A stretch of 64,000 bases of DNA from an uncultured virus (IMG/VR IMGVR_UViG_2687453603_000006) (taxonomy: Duplodnaviria > Heunggongvirae > Uroviricota > Caudoviricetes). This document shows positions 19,479 to 29,159 of the stretch, piece by piece. Position 1 is the stretch's first letter; each line of letters opens with the position of its first letter. Position numbers and translations under genes: made by a program. The DNA is taken from the IMG/VR virus record IMGVR_UViG_2687453603_000006, one strand, 5' to 3'. The notes under the pieces are model-generated. The model worked only from the letters and a program-made list of their open reading frames with translations. It had not been told where the DNA came from and ran no database searches.

Positions 19479-20243
19479 CTTTTAAAGGACTATACGTCCA
19501 TCAAACAATACACATAGCGATTAACTCGCAGCATTAAATTGCACTATGCTAAGCGTAATTCCTATTTCTTGATCGCATGCACTTGGTTGTAGGTTGAAGG
19601 CATAGAACCGAAATAACCTATATGGTTGTAAACTTTGTTTCTATTGAAGTAAAGTTGAGTTTTTATATGGTCACTTAATTGAAACCTAACTTTATTTATC
19701 TTGTTAATAAATATTGAATTATGTTTCATTTATTTGACCGCTTCATCATAGGGTATATAGCTCCTTTAAGTCTATAAATCAAAATTAAGTGATGTAGTAA
19801 TTGCTTAGTTCCCTGTACAAACTTAGTTGATGACTAAGGTCGCTTTTTGCGATATGTTTCAAGCTATGACGAAAAGGTCTAATCAATCGTTTCCTCATAG
19901 ATTGCAATAATGATGTACACATTGATTGCAAAACCTTTATTGGTAGACGTATCAATAAAGGCACTTATTAAATGTTTCTATTTGGTAAGTGTAGGGCGTG
20001 GCAAAGCTGCCACCATAAATATAGCTCATTGATTGACTTTATTTAAATTATAGAGTTTTATGGTTCTCTTAAAAACCACTGTATATTCGAGTTTGTGATC
20101 CTCTCCAAAATCACACTGATGATCATCGTAAGAGTATTAAAATTAAGAAGTCCAGTATTATAAAAAAACTTACTTTTTCGGACTGAAGTTGCTGGTTATA
20201 AGTCCAGTTTTTCTAATTAATAAAAGAACAATTTTATTATAAA

Positions 20244-20294
20244 CGGTTTTCCTAATATGGTAGGCTCAGTTGGTTCGAAACCAAATAAACCGCC
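20244..20294 (+). ncRNA. tRNA-like element lacking anticodon arm
   Basis: Acceptor CGGTTT/AAACCG; D-like arm CCTA-ATATGG-TAGG; T arm TTGG-TTCGAAA-CCAA. Confidence 0.45.
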
Positions 20295-20514
20295 CTCTCT
20301 TATTTTATTTAAAAGGGTGAGGTTACTCTTTTTCATAACTACTCTCTATAATTCCTCTTTTCTTTTTGATACTTTTTGACACACCTCCCTCACATATAAA
20401 CACACTCACCCTTTTAATTGATTAATATTGTAATTAGAACCTAAACACAGCTTGGGTTTTAATTAGAGTGTTAATCACTCTCATTTTCCTTTCCATGATA
20501 AATTCCTTTCAGTT

Positions 20515-20541
20515 CCGACCTTCTCACAGGTCGGTTTTTTT
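20515..20541 (+). terminator. Intrinsic terminator
   Basis: CCGACCT-TCTCAC-AGGTCGG followed by T7. Confidence 0.8.
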
Positions 20542-20633
20542 GTTGGTTAGGTGAAGGTTTTTCCCTCTCCTAATCCTCTCCTTCCTTCACCTACCGAACA
20601 AAATTAAATTGACAACTAAAGATAGGTGAAATT

Positions 20634-21518
20634 ATGGCAATAAGAAAAAAAGCTGAAAAGAAATTAACTTGCATGTGCTGTAATAGAAACCTCACTCTTG
20701 ATTTGAACTATTATCCATTGAATGATAACAACCCAGCATTTCCAAACGGATATTATCCAATATGCAAAGATTGTTGTGCTGATATGTTAAAAGATGAGGA
20801 AAACGGTTATAAATCTTTCATTCAATTATTAAGAGTATTAGATTATCCGTTTAGATATGAAGCATTCGAACAGGTTAATTTTGATTATGTACGATACATG
20901 AATAAAGCTTCAATAAGACGTAACGCTTCTTTCATCGACTCAGACGCTCTAGTTAGTTCTAAAAGTGAAACATTAACTGAAGAGAATATCATGAAACTTA
21001 CTCCAGATGAGTTAAGACAATGTAAACTTTATTGGGGTGAAGGAGATTATACTGAAGATGATTATATTTACTTAATCAGTAGATATGAGAGTTACTGTAA
21101 GACATATGATGTTGATAGTCCAACCTTTGAGAATATCATCACTCAAATATGTCAATTAGAGCTAGAAATTCGTAAGAAGCGTACTAAAGGTTCACAAAGC
21201 ACTAAAGAAGAAACTAATTTAATTCTTAATTTAATGAAGAGTGCGGGTATCTCCCCTAACCAAGAAAAAGAAAGTAAGACTAATGATAAAGAAACTTTCG
21301 GTGTTTGGGTTAAACGTTGGGAGAATGATAAACCTGTACCCGAACCTTTAGAGGAGTTTAAAGATGTAGATGGAATTGAAAAATACGTTCAAAACAACTT
21401 CTTATCACCTATGAGACGCTCACTTGATTTAGATGACAATTTCCATGACCAGTATCAAGAGCATATCGACAAGTATGGTATCTCTACTGAAGAATTGTTA
21501 GGTGTTGAAGATGAGTAA
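20634..21518 (+). CDS. Putative terminase small subunit (YonG-like)
   Basis: Zn-finger-like N-terminus (CMCC, CKDCC); directly upstream of and overlapping terL. Confidence 0.65.
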   Translation: MAIRKKAEKKLTCMCCNRNLTLDLNYYPLNDNNPAFPNGYYPICKDCCADMLKDEENGYKSFIQLLRVLDYPFRYEAFEQVNFDYVRYMNKASIRRNASFIDSDALVSSKSETLTEENIMKLTPDELRQCKLYWGEGDYTEDDYIYLISRYESYCKTYDVDSPTFENIITQICQLELEIRKKRTKGSQSTKEETNLILNLMKSAGISPNQEKESKTNDKETFGVWVKRWENDKPVPEPLEEFKDVDGIEKYVQNNFLSPMRRSLDLDDNFHDQYQEHIDKYGISTEELLGVEDE

Positions 21519-23310
21519 GTTTGTTAACTCCAATAGTCCTTACAAAAATACTATTGATTTATTCAAACTAAGACGTAATAAACGTAATACTAAGTCTCGA
21601 TCAGAGCAAACGATGGAAAACATTGCTGTTTGGATATCTTTTTATAGAGAGAACCCACATCGTTTTGTTCTAGACTTTATGAATATTAATTTACGTCCGT
21701 TCCAATGTGTATTACTTTGGGCAATGATCCATCATCAATATTTCATGTTCTTAGCGTCAAGGGGGCTTGGTAAGACATTCTTATCTGCTGTATATTGTTT
21801 AACTCGTTGTATTTTATATCCGGGTACCAAGATAATTATTACAGCTCCTACTAAGTCTCAAGGTATCAACGTATTAGAAAAAATTGAAAACGAATTACTC
21901 TCTCCTCTTATTCACAGAGAGATTGAGTCTATTAATACTGGAAACCAGAAACCTATGATTGCTTTTCATAATGGTAGCTGGATAAGAGTAGTAGCCTCTA
22001 ATGATAATGCTCGTGGTCATCGTGCTAACCTATTATTAGTCGATGAGTTCGTTAAAGTTGATGAAGATTTAATAGATACAGTATTCAAGAAAATGTTAAC
22101 CTCTCAACGTGAACCAGCATTCTTACATAAGGCTAAATATAAAAATTACCCTCGTGAAGAAAATACTCAAATGTATTTATCATCTGCATGGATGAAATCA
22201 CACTGGGCTTATGACTCAATGCGTTCGTTTACCAAACAAATGCTCAAGAAGAAAAGTGAAGATGACTTAAAGTCATTTGTTTGTCATATCCCCTACTATA
22301 CAGGTGTTATGGAAAAACTTTATTCTCATAAACAAATGAAAGCCGAAGCTCAAGCAGAAGGTTTCAATAAGATGAAATTTGCTATGGAGATGGAAGCAGT
22401 TTGGTGGGGAGAAACTGAGTCAGCTTTCTTCAATTTTAATACGATTGACTTTAATAGAAAGCTTAGTCAAGCATTCTATCCTAAAGAAGTTTTAGTTCAA
22501 GCAGATATAAATAACCCAATCAAAGAGCCTAAAGAGAAACGTCTCTTAGCAGTCGATGTTGCCCGAATGGGTGGTAACTCAAATGACGCTTCTGTGTTCA
22601 GTTTGATTAGATTATTACCTAAGGGAAAACAACAATATGAACGTCAACTTAACTACATGGAGGATATGGAAGGTATTGACTTCCAAACTCAAGCAATAAG
22701 AATTAGACAATTATACGATGATTTTGATTGTGATTATATTGTACTTGACTTAAAAAATGTTGGTGCTGGTATCTTAGATAACTTGAGAATACCTTTAACC
22801 GATATTGATCGTGGTGTTGAATATGAGCCACTGAACGTTTCTAATGATGATGATTTAGCTTCTACTTGTAAATATCCAGAAGCACCAAGAGTTATTCACG
22901 TTATTAACGCTACTAATGAACGTAACATGGAAATGGCTAACTTATTAGCCGATAACTTCATGCGAGGCAAATTTAGATTGTTAATTCGTGAAGAACAAGC
23001 TGAAGAGTTATTTAGACAAGATAAGAAACTTAAATACCTCAATCTCAACCCTTCTACTCAAGCTCTACTTAAATATCCATATCGACAAACTGAATTATTT
23101 ATCAGTGAGGTCATGAACTTAGAGCAAGTAAACATGGATAATGGAGCATTTAAACTCGTTACTTCTGGCAGAGCACGTAAGGATAGATACTCTTCTGTTT
23201 CTTATGGAAATCAATTCGCTACTATTCTTGAAAGAGAATTAGCTCGTCACACAAGAAACATTGATTTCAAACGTTTTGGATCAGTCAGAAAACCTAAAAA
23301 TATTATATAG
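21511..23310 (+). CDS. terL: Terminase large subunit
   Basis: ASRGLGKT Walker A, LLVDE Walker B, AVDVAR nuclease motif, KDRYS. Start chosen at ATG 21511. Confidence 0.92.
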   Translation: MSKFVNSNSPYKNTIDLFKLRRNKRNTKSRSEQTMENIAVWISFYRENPHRFVLDFMNINLRPFQCVLLWAMIHHQYFMFLASRGLGKTFLSAVYCLTRCILYPGTKIIITAPTKSQGINVLEKIENELLSPLIHREIESINTGNQKPMIAFHNGSWIRVVASNDNARGHRANLLLVDEFVKVDEDLIDTVFKKMLTSQREPAFLHKAKYKNYPREENTQMYLSSAWMKSHWAYDSMRSFTKQMLKKKSEDDLKSFVCHIPYYTGVMEKLYSHKQMKAEAQAEGFNKMKFAMEMEAVWWGETESAFFNFNTIDFNRKLSQAFYPKEVLVQADINNPIKEPKEKRLLAVDVARMGGNSNDASVFSLIRLLPKGKQQYERQLNYMEDMEGIDFQTQAIRIRQLYDDFDCDYIVLDLKNVGAGILDNLRIPLTDIDRGVEYEPLNVSNDDDLASTCKYPEAPRVIHVINATNERNMEMANLLADNFMRGKFRLLIREEQAEELFRQDKKLKYLNLNPSTQALLKYPYRQTELFISEVMNLEQVNMDNGAFKLVTSGRARKDRYSSVSYGNQFATILERELARHTRNIDFKRFGSVRKPKNII

Positions 23311-23327
23311 AAAGATGTGATAACACG

Positions 23328-24890
23328 TTGGAAGATAAAAAAGCTCCAGTAAATGAAGACTTTTTAAATTACATCAAAAACTATGCCGATGTAAGAAACA
23401 TACCTCTTTCAAGACGTAAGATGGCCTCGTTGTTTCACACTTCTAAAACTGCAATTGATGATGTCTCACAAGAAAAACTAAATACTTGGTTACGAAAACC
23501 TGATAAGTTTTACGTGAATATTATCGAGCTTTCGAAAGACTTATATTACAAGTCTGGTGAATATCGTAGCTTACTTAATTACTTTATTGATATGGCTCGT
23601 TTCTATTATGTGATTGATCCATTGTTTAGCAGCGATAGTAAGATGAGCAAGGAGAAAGTCAAAAAAGACCTCTCTAAAATATCTTTACAACTTAATAAAA
23701 TGAATTTAAAACATGAATTAGCTAAAATTTACAAAACATGTGTACTTGAAGATATTTTCTTTGGTTATGAAATCGAAGATAAAGACAATTACTTCATGTT
23801 AAAACTTGATCCAAAGTATTGTAAATTAGTTGGTATCTCTGACGGGATGTATACATATGCTTTCAACCTGTCCTATTTTGACGGTAATTTAGATTTATTA
23901 AAAACATTCCCAGAAGAGTTTCAAAGAGCATATTTAGAACGCTCTATTGATAAGCAAGCTGACTTAAATTGGTTTATTCCAGACTTCACTAAATCAGTTG
24001 TTTTCAAAATTAATGAAGACGATCCTACTATTTTACCTCCATTTTCTACAATGTTTGAACCCCTATTAGATTTAAACGATTATAAAAAGCTTAAAAAAGC
24101 TGGAGCTAAAATTAATAACTACATGTTATTACATCAAAAAGTGCCAATGCATGATAATGCAAATAAAGATTATCAAGCTGATAACTTCGCAATCTCAGCT
24201 GAGGCAATGGACTACTTCAGCGAGTTAGTTAACGAAAACTTACCAGATGAAATTGGTTCTATCGTTTCCCCTATGGAAGTTAACCCTATTAAATTAGATA
24301 GAGATGATAAAACTGATAAGGTACTTGAAGCTACTAGAGATGTTTATAACGCTTCTGGTGTTTCTTCATTTATCTTTAACAATGATAAAAACTCTACTGG
24401 TGGTTTAACTTACTCAGTTCGTAAAGATGAGTTATTCGTAATTAATTTCTACCGACAAGTTGAGAGATGGTTAAATCGTAAAATCAGATATGGCAATATC
24501 GTAGCCAAAAATCAATGGAGAATTTCTCTATTAAATGTAACTGGAATGAGTGAAGATACTTACTTAGAACAATTAACTAAGTCTGGCACATTCGGTTTCT
24601 CAGTTAGAGGACGTATTGCTGCATTACATGGTTTAGATTACCATACCTTATCTCAAAGTTTAGAATTAGAAAACAACATCTTAGATTTAGATACTAATTT
24701 AATACCTCTTGCTAGTTCTCATACTGGTGGTTTAAATACTGCTGTTGAACAAACAAAAGGCAAAATAGAAGACTCTGGTGGCAGACCTACTAAAGAAACT
24801 AAAGACTTGTCTGATAGTGGACAAGCAAATCGTGACTCTAGTAATTCTGAGACAAAATCTTTAGAAGGTGGTGACACTAATAATGAATAA
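23328..24890 (+). CDS. Portal protein (YonE-like)
   Basis: 520 aa after terL; C-terminal PLASSHT...GGRPTK typical of SPbeta-like portals. Confidence 0.8.
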   Translation: MEDKKAPVNEDFLNYIKNYADVRNIPLSRRKMASLFHTSKTAIDDVSQEKLNTWLRKPDKFYVNIIELSKDLYYKSGEYRSLLNYFIDMARFYYVIDPLFSSDSKMSKEKVKKDLSKISLQLNKMNLKHELAKIYKTCVLEDIFFGYEIEDKDNYFMLKLDPKYCKLVGISDGMYTYAFNLSYFDGNLDLLKTFPEEFQRAYLERSIDKQADLNWFIPDFTKSVVFKINEDDPTILPPFSTMFEPLLDLNDYKKLKKAGAKINNYMLLHQKVPMHDNANKDYQADNFAISAEAMDYFSELVNENLPDEIGSIVSPMEVNPIKLDRDDKTDKVLEATRDVYNASGVSSFIFNNDKNSTGGLTYSVRKDELFVINFYRQVERWLNRKIRYGNIVAKNQWRISLLNVTGMSEDTYLEQLTKSGTFGFSVRGRIAALHGLDYHTLSQSLELENNILDLDTNLIPLASSHTGGLNTAVEQTKGKIEDSGGRPTKETKDLSDSGQANRDSSNSETKSLEGGDTNNE

Positions 24891-26262
24891 ATCAAGTAAT
24901 TCTATTCCAATGTCTACTCAACTTTTAGAAGAATACACTTCAGAAGAAGGAGATATTCGCTTCACGAAAGTTAAGTTATGGCTTATGCATACTGGTCTAA
25001 ATTTAAATGGTTCAGTCTTCAACAAAGATGTAGTAGAAAAAGCAATTCCTACTTTAGCTAACACACCTATTATGGCAAGTGTTTCTTATAACTTTGATGG
25101 AGAAAAAGACTTCGAAGGTCACGAAACTGATATAGAGATCACTGAAGACGGTGAAATAAAATTAATAAATTCGACTGTACCTTTTGGAGTTATCCCTGAA
25201 ACAAATAATGCAAAATTTGAAACTCGTCTTGGGGACGATATGGTTGAGCGTGAATATCTGACTTGTGAAGGTATTTTATGGAACAAGTGGGATGACGCTG
25301 TTGAAATTTTGCAATCTAAAGGTGGAGTAACTGGACAATCTATGGAAATTTCACCTAATTATACTGGTTATTTTGATGGTGAAAACATGATATTTGAGAC
25401 TTTCAGTTTCTATGGTGCTTGTCTATTAGGTGATGATGTTACACCAGCTATGAAGAACAGCACAGTAGAAATTAAGTATGCAGCTAAGACTGATGAATTA
25501 ATTAAAGAAAAGCTACAAGTGTTTAACAATATTGTTTACGCTAATAAAGGAGGAAATGAAGTGCCTAAAAAAGACACAACTGTTTTTGACGAGCAAGAAA
25601 CACATGTAAATGCTCAAGGAGACTCTACTACTGGGAAAAATGTAGAAGGAGAGCCTAAAGCAAATGCAAATGAAGCTTCTACTAAAGAAGAAAAATCTCT
25701 TGAAACTGATGGACAAGAAGGACAAGAAAGAGAAGAAAAAGCTTCAGAAGAAACTCTTATTGACTCTCCCCTAAGTGCTGAGGAGCAAGTTACAGTTCAA
25801 GTTGAAAATGTTGAAGATATTATCGACACTCACAAAGAGGTTAAAGAAGATATCGACAATTTGCCTGAAGCAGTAGACATGATTACTGTTGCTGGTGTTG
25901 AATATTCAGCTGAAGACATTGCTGCAAAACTTACTGAGTTAGCTTCTGTTAAATCTCAATTAGCAGAATATCAAAGCAAGTTTGAAGCATTACAAAAAGA
26001 AGTACATGCTGAAAAAGTTGAAAAACTATTCTCTACTCATAAAGATAGCTTATCTATTGAGTCTATTGAGAAACTTAAAGCTCAAGCTGATGGCATTACA
26101 TTGCCTGAACTTGAAACATTAATCTTTGCTGAGATTGGTAGACAAAATTATTCTGCTAAACCAAAAGCTGAGACTAAAGCTACAAACTTTTCACAAATTG
26201 CTATTCCAGTAAACAAAACTAGTAACAACTCTTTAGAAGATATCGTTGCTAGTTGGAAATAA
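24883..26262 (+). CDS. Prohead protease/scaffold fusion (YonD-like)
   Basis: N-domain HTGLNLNGS...QSMEI...GACLLG; acidic coiled-coil C-domain. Confidence 0.75.
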   Translation: MNKSSNSIPMSTQLLEEYTSEEGDIRFTKVKLWLMHTGLNLNGSVFNKDVVEKAIPTLANTPIMASVSYNFDGEKDFEGHETDIEITEDGEIKLINSTVPFGVIPETNNAKFETRLGDDMVEREYLTCEGILWNKWDDAVEILQSKGGVTGQSMEISPNYTGYFDGENMIFETFSFYGACLLGDDVTPAMKNSTVEIKYAAKTDELIKEKLQVFNNIVYANKGGNEVPKKDTTVFDEQETHVNAQGDSTTGKNVEGEPKANANEASTKEEKSLETDGQEGQEREEKASEETLIDSPLSAEEQVTVQVENVEDIIDTHKEVKEDIDNLPEAVDMITVAGVEYSAEDIAAKLTELASVKSQLAEYQSKFEALQKEVHAEKVEKLFSTHKDSLSIESIEKLKAQADGITLPELETLIFAEIGRQNYSAKPKAETKATNFSQIAIPVNKTSNNSLEDIVASWK

Positions 26263-26289
26263 ATATAAAATCTTTGGAGGATCATATAA

Positions 26290-26730
26290 ATGGCAAAATT
26301 AAATTTAGACCGTGTAAAAGGTCACTACGTTGAAACAATTAAAGCTGACAAAGAATACGAAAACGGTTCTTTAGTTGGTAAAGGTTTATTAGAAGATGGA
26401 GAAATTCGTCTTTACAAAGCTGCTGAAGCTACTGCTGAAAACTGCTTCTTAGTTTCTACTCCGGAACTTGATTTAGCTGCTAAAGCAAACGGTCATGGTT
26501 CAATCGACTTTGTTAACCCTAAAGGTTCAATCATGCGTGCTCATCAATTAGAAGTTGGAGATACATTTACAGTTGAACAAAAATTACATGGTACAGGTTT
26601 CGTTGCTGGTGACGCTTTAACTGTTACTGGTGGGAAATTCGCTAAAGGTGAAGGTGCATTCGTAGTTGAATATGTAACTACTATTGGTGCTGATCGCCGC
26701 CCTGCTTATTCAATTCGTAAAGTTAAGTAA
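26290..26730 (+). CDS. Head decoration/minor capsid protein
   Basis: 146 aa between scaffold and capsid; strong RBS; highly expressed codon bias. Confidence 0.65.
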   Translation: MAKLNLDRVKGHYVETIKADKEYENGSLVGKGLLEDGEIRLYKAAEATAENCFLVSTPELDLAAKANGHGSIDFVNPKGSIMRAHQLEVGDTFTVEQKLHGTGFVAGDALTVTGGKFAKGEGAFVVEYVTTIGADRRPAYSIRKVK

Positions 26731-26769
26731 TAAATTATAATAACACAAAATGTATGGAGGATAACTTAA

Positions 26770-27771
26770 ATGCCTAAATTTAGTAATGAATTAAAAGAAG
26801 TTGCTATCCAAGCTGCTCATGGTGCAACTACTACTCAATTTTCAAATAAAGACTTATCGGACGCTGTTCGTAAAAAAATGATCGAGGAATTAGGTTCAGA
26901 TACTTTAGATTATTCTACTTATCGCCGCCGCAAACATGATTTATTCGAATTCATCGAAGAAACTGTTGCCCCTATCGTAAATGAACGTACTGCTGAAATT
27001 TTCGGTCAGTTCGCTGAATACAAAAATATCGCTTTCGGTGATCAAAACAAATTCTTCATCGAAGATATTAAATTATTCCCTGTTGCTACTATCTCTACTG
27101 GTAACGGAAACGTAAAACGTCAACGTTTAGATAGTCAAGAATTAGTAGTACCAATGCATACAATCGGTGCTGGTGTATACGAAGAGTTAGTTCGCTTTTT
27201 AGCTGGTCGTACTGATTGGGCTCGTTTAACTGCTCGTTTAGCTGAGTCATTTGTAAATGATATCGCTCAACGTATTGGTGACGCTCTTTACAAATCAGTT
27301 GACTCTGTTGGTTCTACTTACAAAGCTAACGTTAGTGGTAGTAACGGTGAACTTAAAACTAAAGTATTAGAAATCGCTGACCACGTTGAAGCTGCTAATG
27401 GTCAAGCAGTAATTGTTGGTACTAAAGCTGCTCTTCGTAAATTAAAACCAGAAGATAGCTCAGACTTACAAAAAGGTGCTAAAAACGAAGTTGGTTACTT
27501 CGGTTTTGTTGATGGAGTTGAATGCATTGCTTTACCTCAATTCCACAAAGCTGGTACTGATGAGTTCGGTCTTAAAAACGATGTTATTTTCGTATTACCA
27601 AGCTCAGATGAAAAATTAGTTAAAGTTGTTCAAGACGGTCATTACATCGCTCGTGAAGAAGGCGGATCAGAAGGATATCGCACAGACTTACAAATGAGCT
27701 TAGACGTAATCACTCGTGTTGGTGTAGCTGTTGTTACTGCTGCTCGTTATGGTGCTGTTGAATTAAGTTAA
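26770..27771 (+). CDS. Major capsid protein
   Basis: 333 aa; synteny; GGAGG RBS; biased codons; followed by terminator. Confidence 0.8.
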   Translation: MPKFSNELKEVAIQAAHGATTTQFSNKDLSDAVRKKMIEELGSDTLDYSTYRRRKHDLFEFIEETVAPIVNERTAEIFGQFAEYKNIAFGDQNKFFIEDIKLFPVATISTGNGNVKRQRLDSQELVVPMHTIGAGVYEELVRFLAGRTDWARLTARLAESFVNDIAQRIGDALYKSVDSVGSTYKANVSGSNGELKTKVLEIADHVEAANGQAVIVGTKAALRKLKPEDSSDLQKGAKNEVGYFGFVDGVECIALPQFHKAGTDEFGLKNDVIFVLPSSDEKLVKVVQDGHYIAREEGGSEGYRTDLQMSLDVITRVGVAVVTAARYGAVELS

Positions 27772-27791
27772 GCTTAATATGATTAAAGTTT

Positions 27792-27820
27792 GCTCCCTAT
27801 TAATTTAGGGAGCTTATTTT
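27792..27820 (+). terminator. Intrinsic terminator after capsid gene
   Basis: GCTCCCTA-TTAATT-TAGGGAGC-TTATTTT. Confidence 0.75.
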
Positions 27821-27845
27821 ATATGGAGAAAAAGGAGACATTTAA

Positions 27846-28397
27846 ATGGCTATTAAAAAAACTACAACTACTGAGAAATCTACTCAAAAAACTACTAAAC
27901 CTACTGAAAAGAAAACAACTCGTACTGCTAAACCAAAGCGTAAAGAGGTTGATTTATCTCAATCAGTATTAGTTATTAATATGACTCAAGGTTCATTAAC
28001 TTATGTAGCTAAAAAAGGTACAGGTTATTTAGAATTAAGTGAATACTTAGATAGTGATTATTTAACTGTTGAAGAGTTAAAAATCATGAAAAGTTCAGCT
28101 AGAGGCATGTTTGATAAAGGTTGGTTGTTTGTTGATGATGAAGATGTAGTTGAATTTCTTGGAATTAAGAAACAAATGGACGCTATCTTATTACCTGATG
28201 AGTTAGATGACCTATTCGAACTTCCAGCAGATGAACTTAGAGAGCGATTAAAAAGCTTATCACCTTCAGTGAAAGAAACAGTTCATTTAGCTATGAAGAA
28301 AAAATATGAAGATGGTGAACTAGCAAACGCTCACGTTATTCGTGCTATCGAAGAGTCAGTGAATATTGATAATAACGTTTCAATTCTAAATATCTAG
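27846..28397 (+). CDS. Head-associated hypothetical protein (YonA-like)
   Basis: 183-aa ORF with RBS; synteny. Confidence 0.65.
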   Translation: MAIKKTTTTEKSTQKTTKPTEKKTTRTAKPKRKEVDLSQSVLVINMTQGSLTYVAKKGTGYLELSEYLDSDYLTVEELKIMKSSARGMFDKGWLFVDDEDVVEFLGIKKQMDAILLPDELDDLFELPADELRERLKSLSPSVKETVHLAMKKKYEDGELANAHVIRAIEESVNIDNNVSILNI

Positions 28398-28414
28398 TTG
28401 GGAGGCAAATTCTC

Positions 28415-28849
28415 TTGACAGAATTTACTTTAATTTATGACAAATTTTTATCTAAACTAACAGATTTTTCTTTAGCGAGATTAGATAAAGACGTTTTAGA
28501 GTCAGATTTACAAGAACGGTTAATAACTGCTCTTTCAGATTTTGCACAGTTACCCGAAGAGAAAACTGAAGTTGATTTAAGTACAAAAACTTTTACTAAT
28601 GGTCTAAGTGTAGAAGAACAAAATATCATCGCAACTTTAATGGTTATCAATTATTTAGACAAATATATTTTGTCTGAAGATAATATGAGAATTCTATTAA
28701 ACTCTAAAGACTATAAACAGTATTCACAAGCCGCTTTACTTAAAGAGCTTAAAGCTACTAAATCTGAATATCAATCAGATGTTGACGCTAAGCTTAATAG
28801 TTATAGCTTTAGACAAAAATTCCGAAAGAAAAAGAAAGATGAACAGTAA
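28415..28849 (+). CDS. Putative head-tail adaptor
   Basis: 144 aa; GGAGG RBS; synteny. Confidence 0.6.
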   Translation: MTEFTLIYDKFLSKLTDFSLARLDKDVLESDLQERLITALSDFAQLPEEKTEVDLSTKTFTNGLSVEEQNIIATLMVINYLDKYILSEDNMRILLNSKDYKQYSQAALLKELKATKSEYQSDVDAKLNSYSFRQKFRKKKKDEQ

Positions 28850-29156
28850 ATCTTATACTTTTTATCTCACGGAATTGAAAAATAGAGTTTTCAAAATATT
28901 GCCTTTATGTGAAGAAAAGAATGACTACATAGATAAGTATTTAGAGAATTTGATCATTGAACTCAAAGGGCTTCCTAAAGCATATCCTGAAGTGTTTGAT
29001 AGTCAATCTGCTTGGTACGTTAGAGTGTTAAGCTCTTTATTTACTTTCTATGAAGACTTTTCTATCGCAGAATTACATAGTGTTGATGGAGTTCAAAGAG
29101 TAAGACGAATTATTCTATCATTAGTAAATTTGATAGATAAGGAGGTAGGACGTTAA
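28839..29156 (+). CDS. Hypothetical virion morphogenesis protein
   Basis: ATG at 28839 overlaps end of upstream gene. Confidence 0.6.
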   Translation: MNSKSYTFYLTELKNRVFKILPLCEEKNDYIDKYLENLIIELKGLPKAYPEVFDSQSAWYVRVLSSLFTFYEDFSIAELHSVDGVQRVRRIILSLVNLIDKEVGR

Positions 29157-29159
29157 ATA

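Larger units (their letters stand above)
18936..20633 (+). ncRNA. Putative cluster of structured non-coding RNAs
   Basis: 1.7 kb with no credible CDS, GC-richer than flanks, packed with stems, H-type pseudoknots, a tRNA-like element and terminators. Confidence 0.6.

Noticed and set aside
20116..20150. CTGATGA hammerhead-like core
   Set aside because: No stem II followed by GAAA and no matching cleavage-site helices found.
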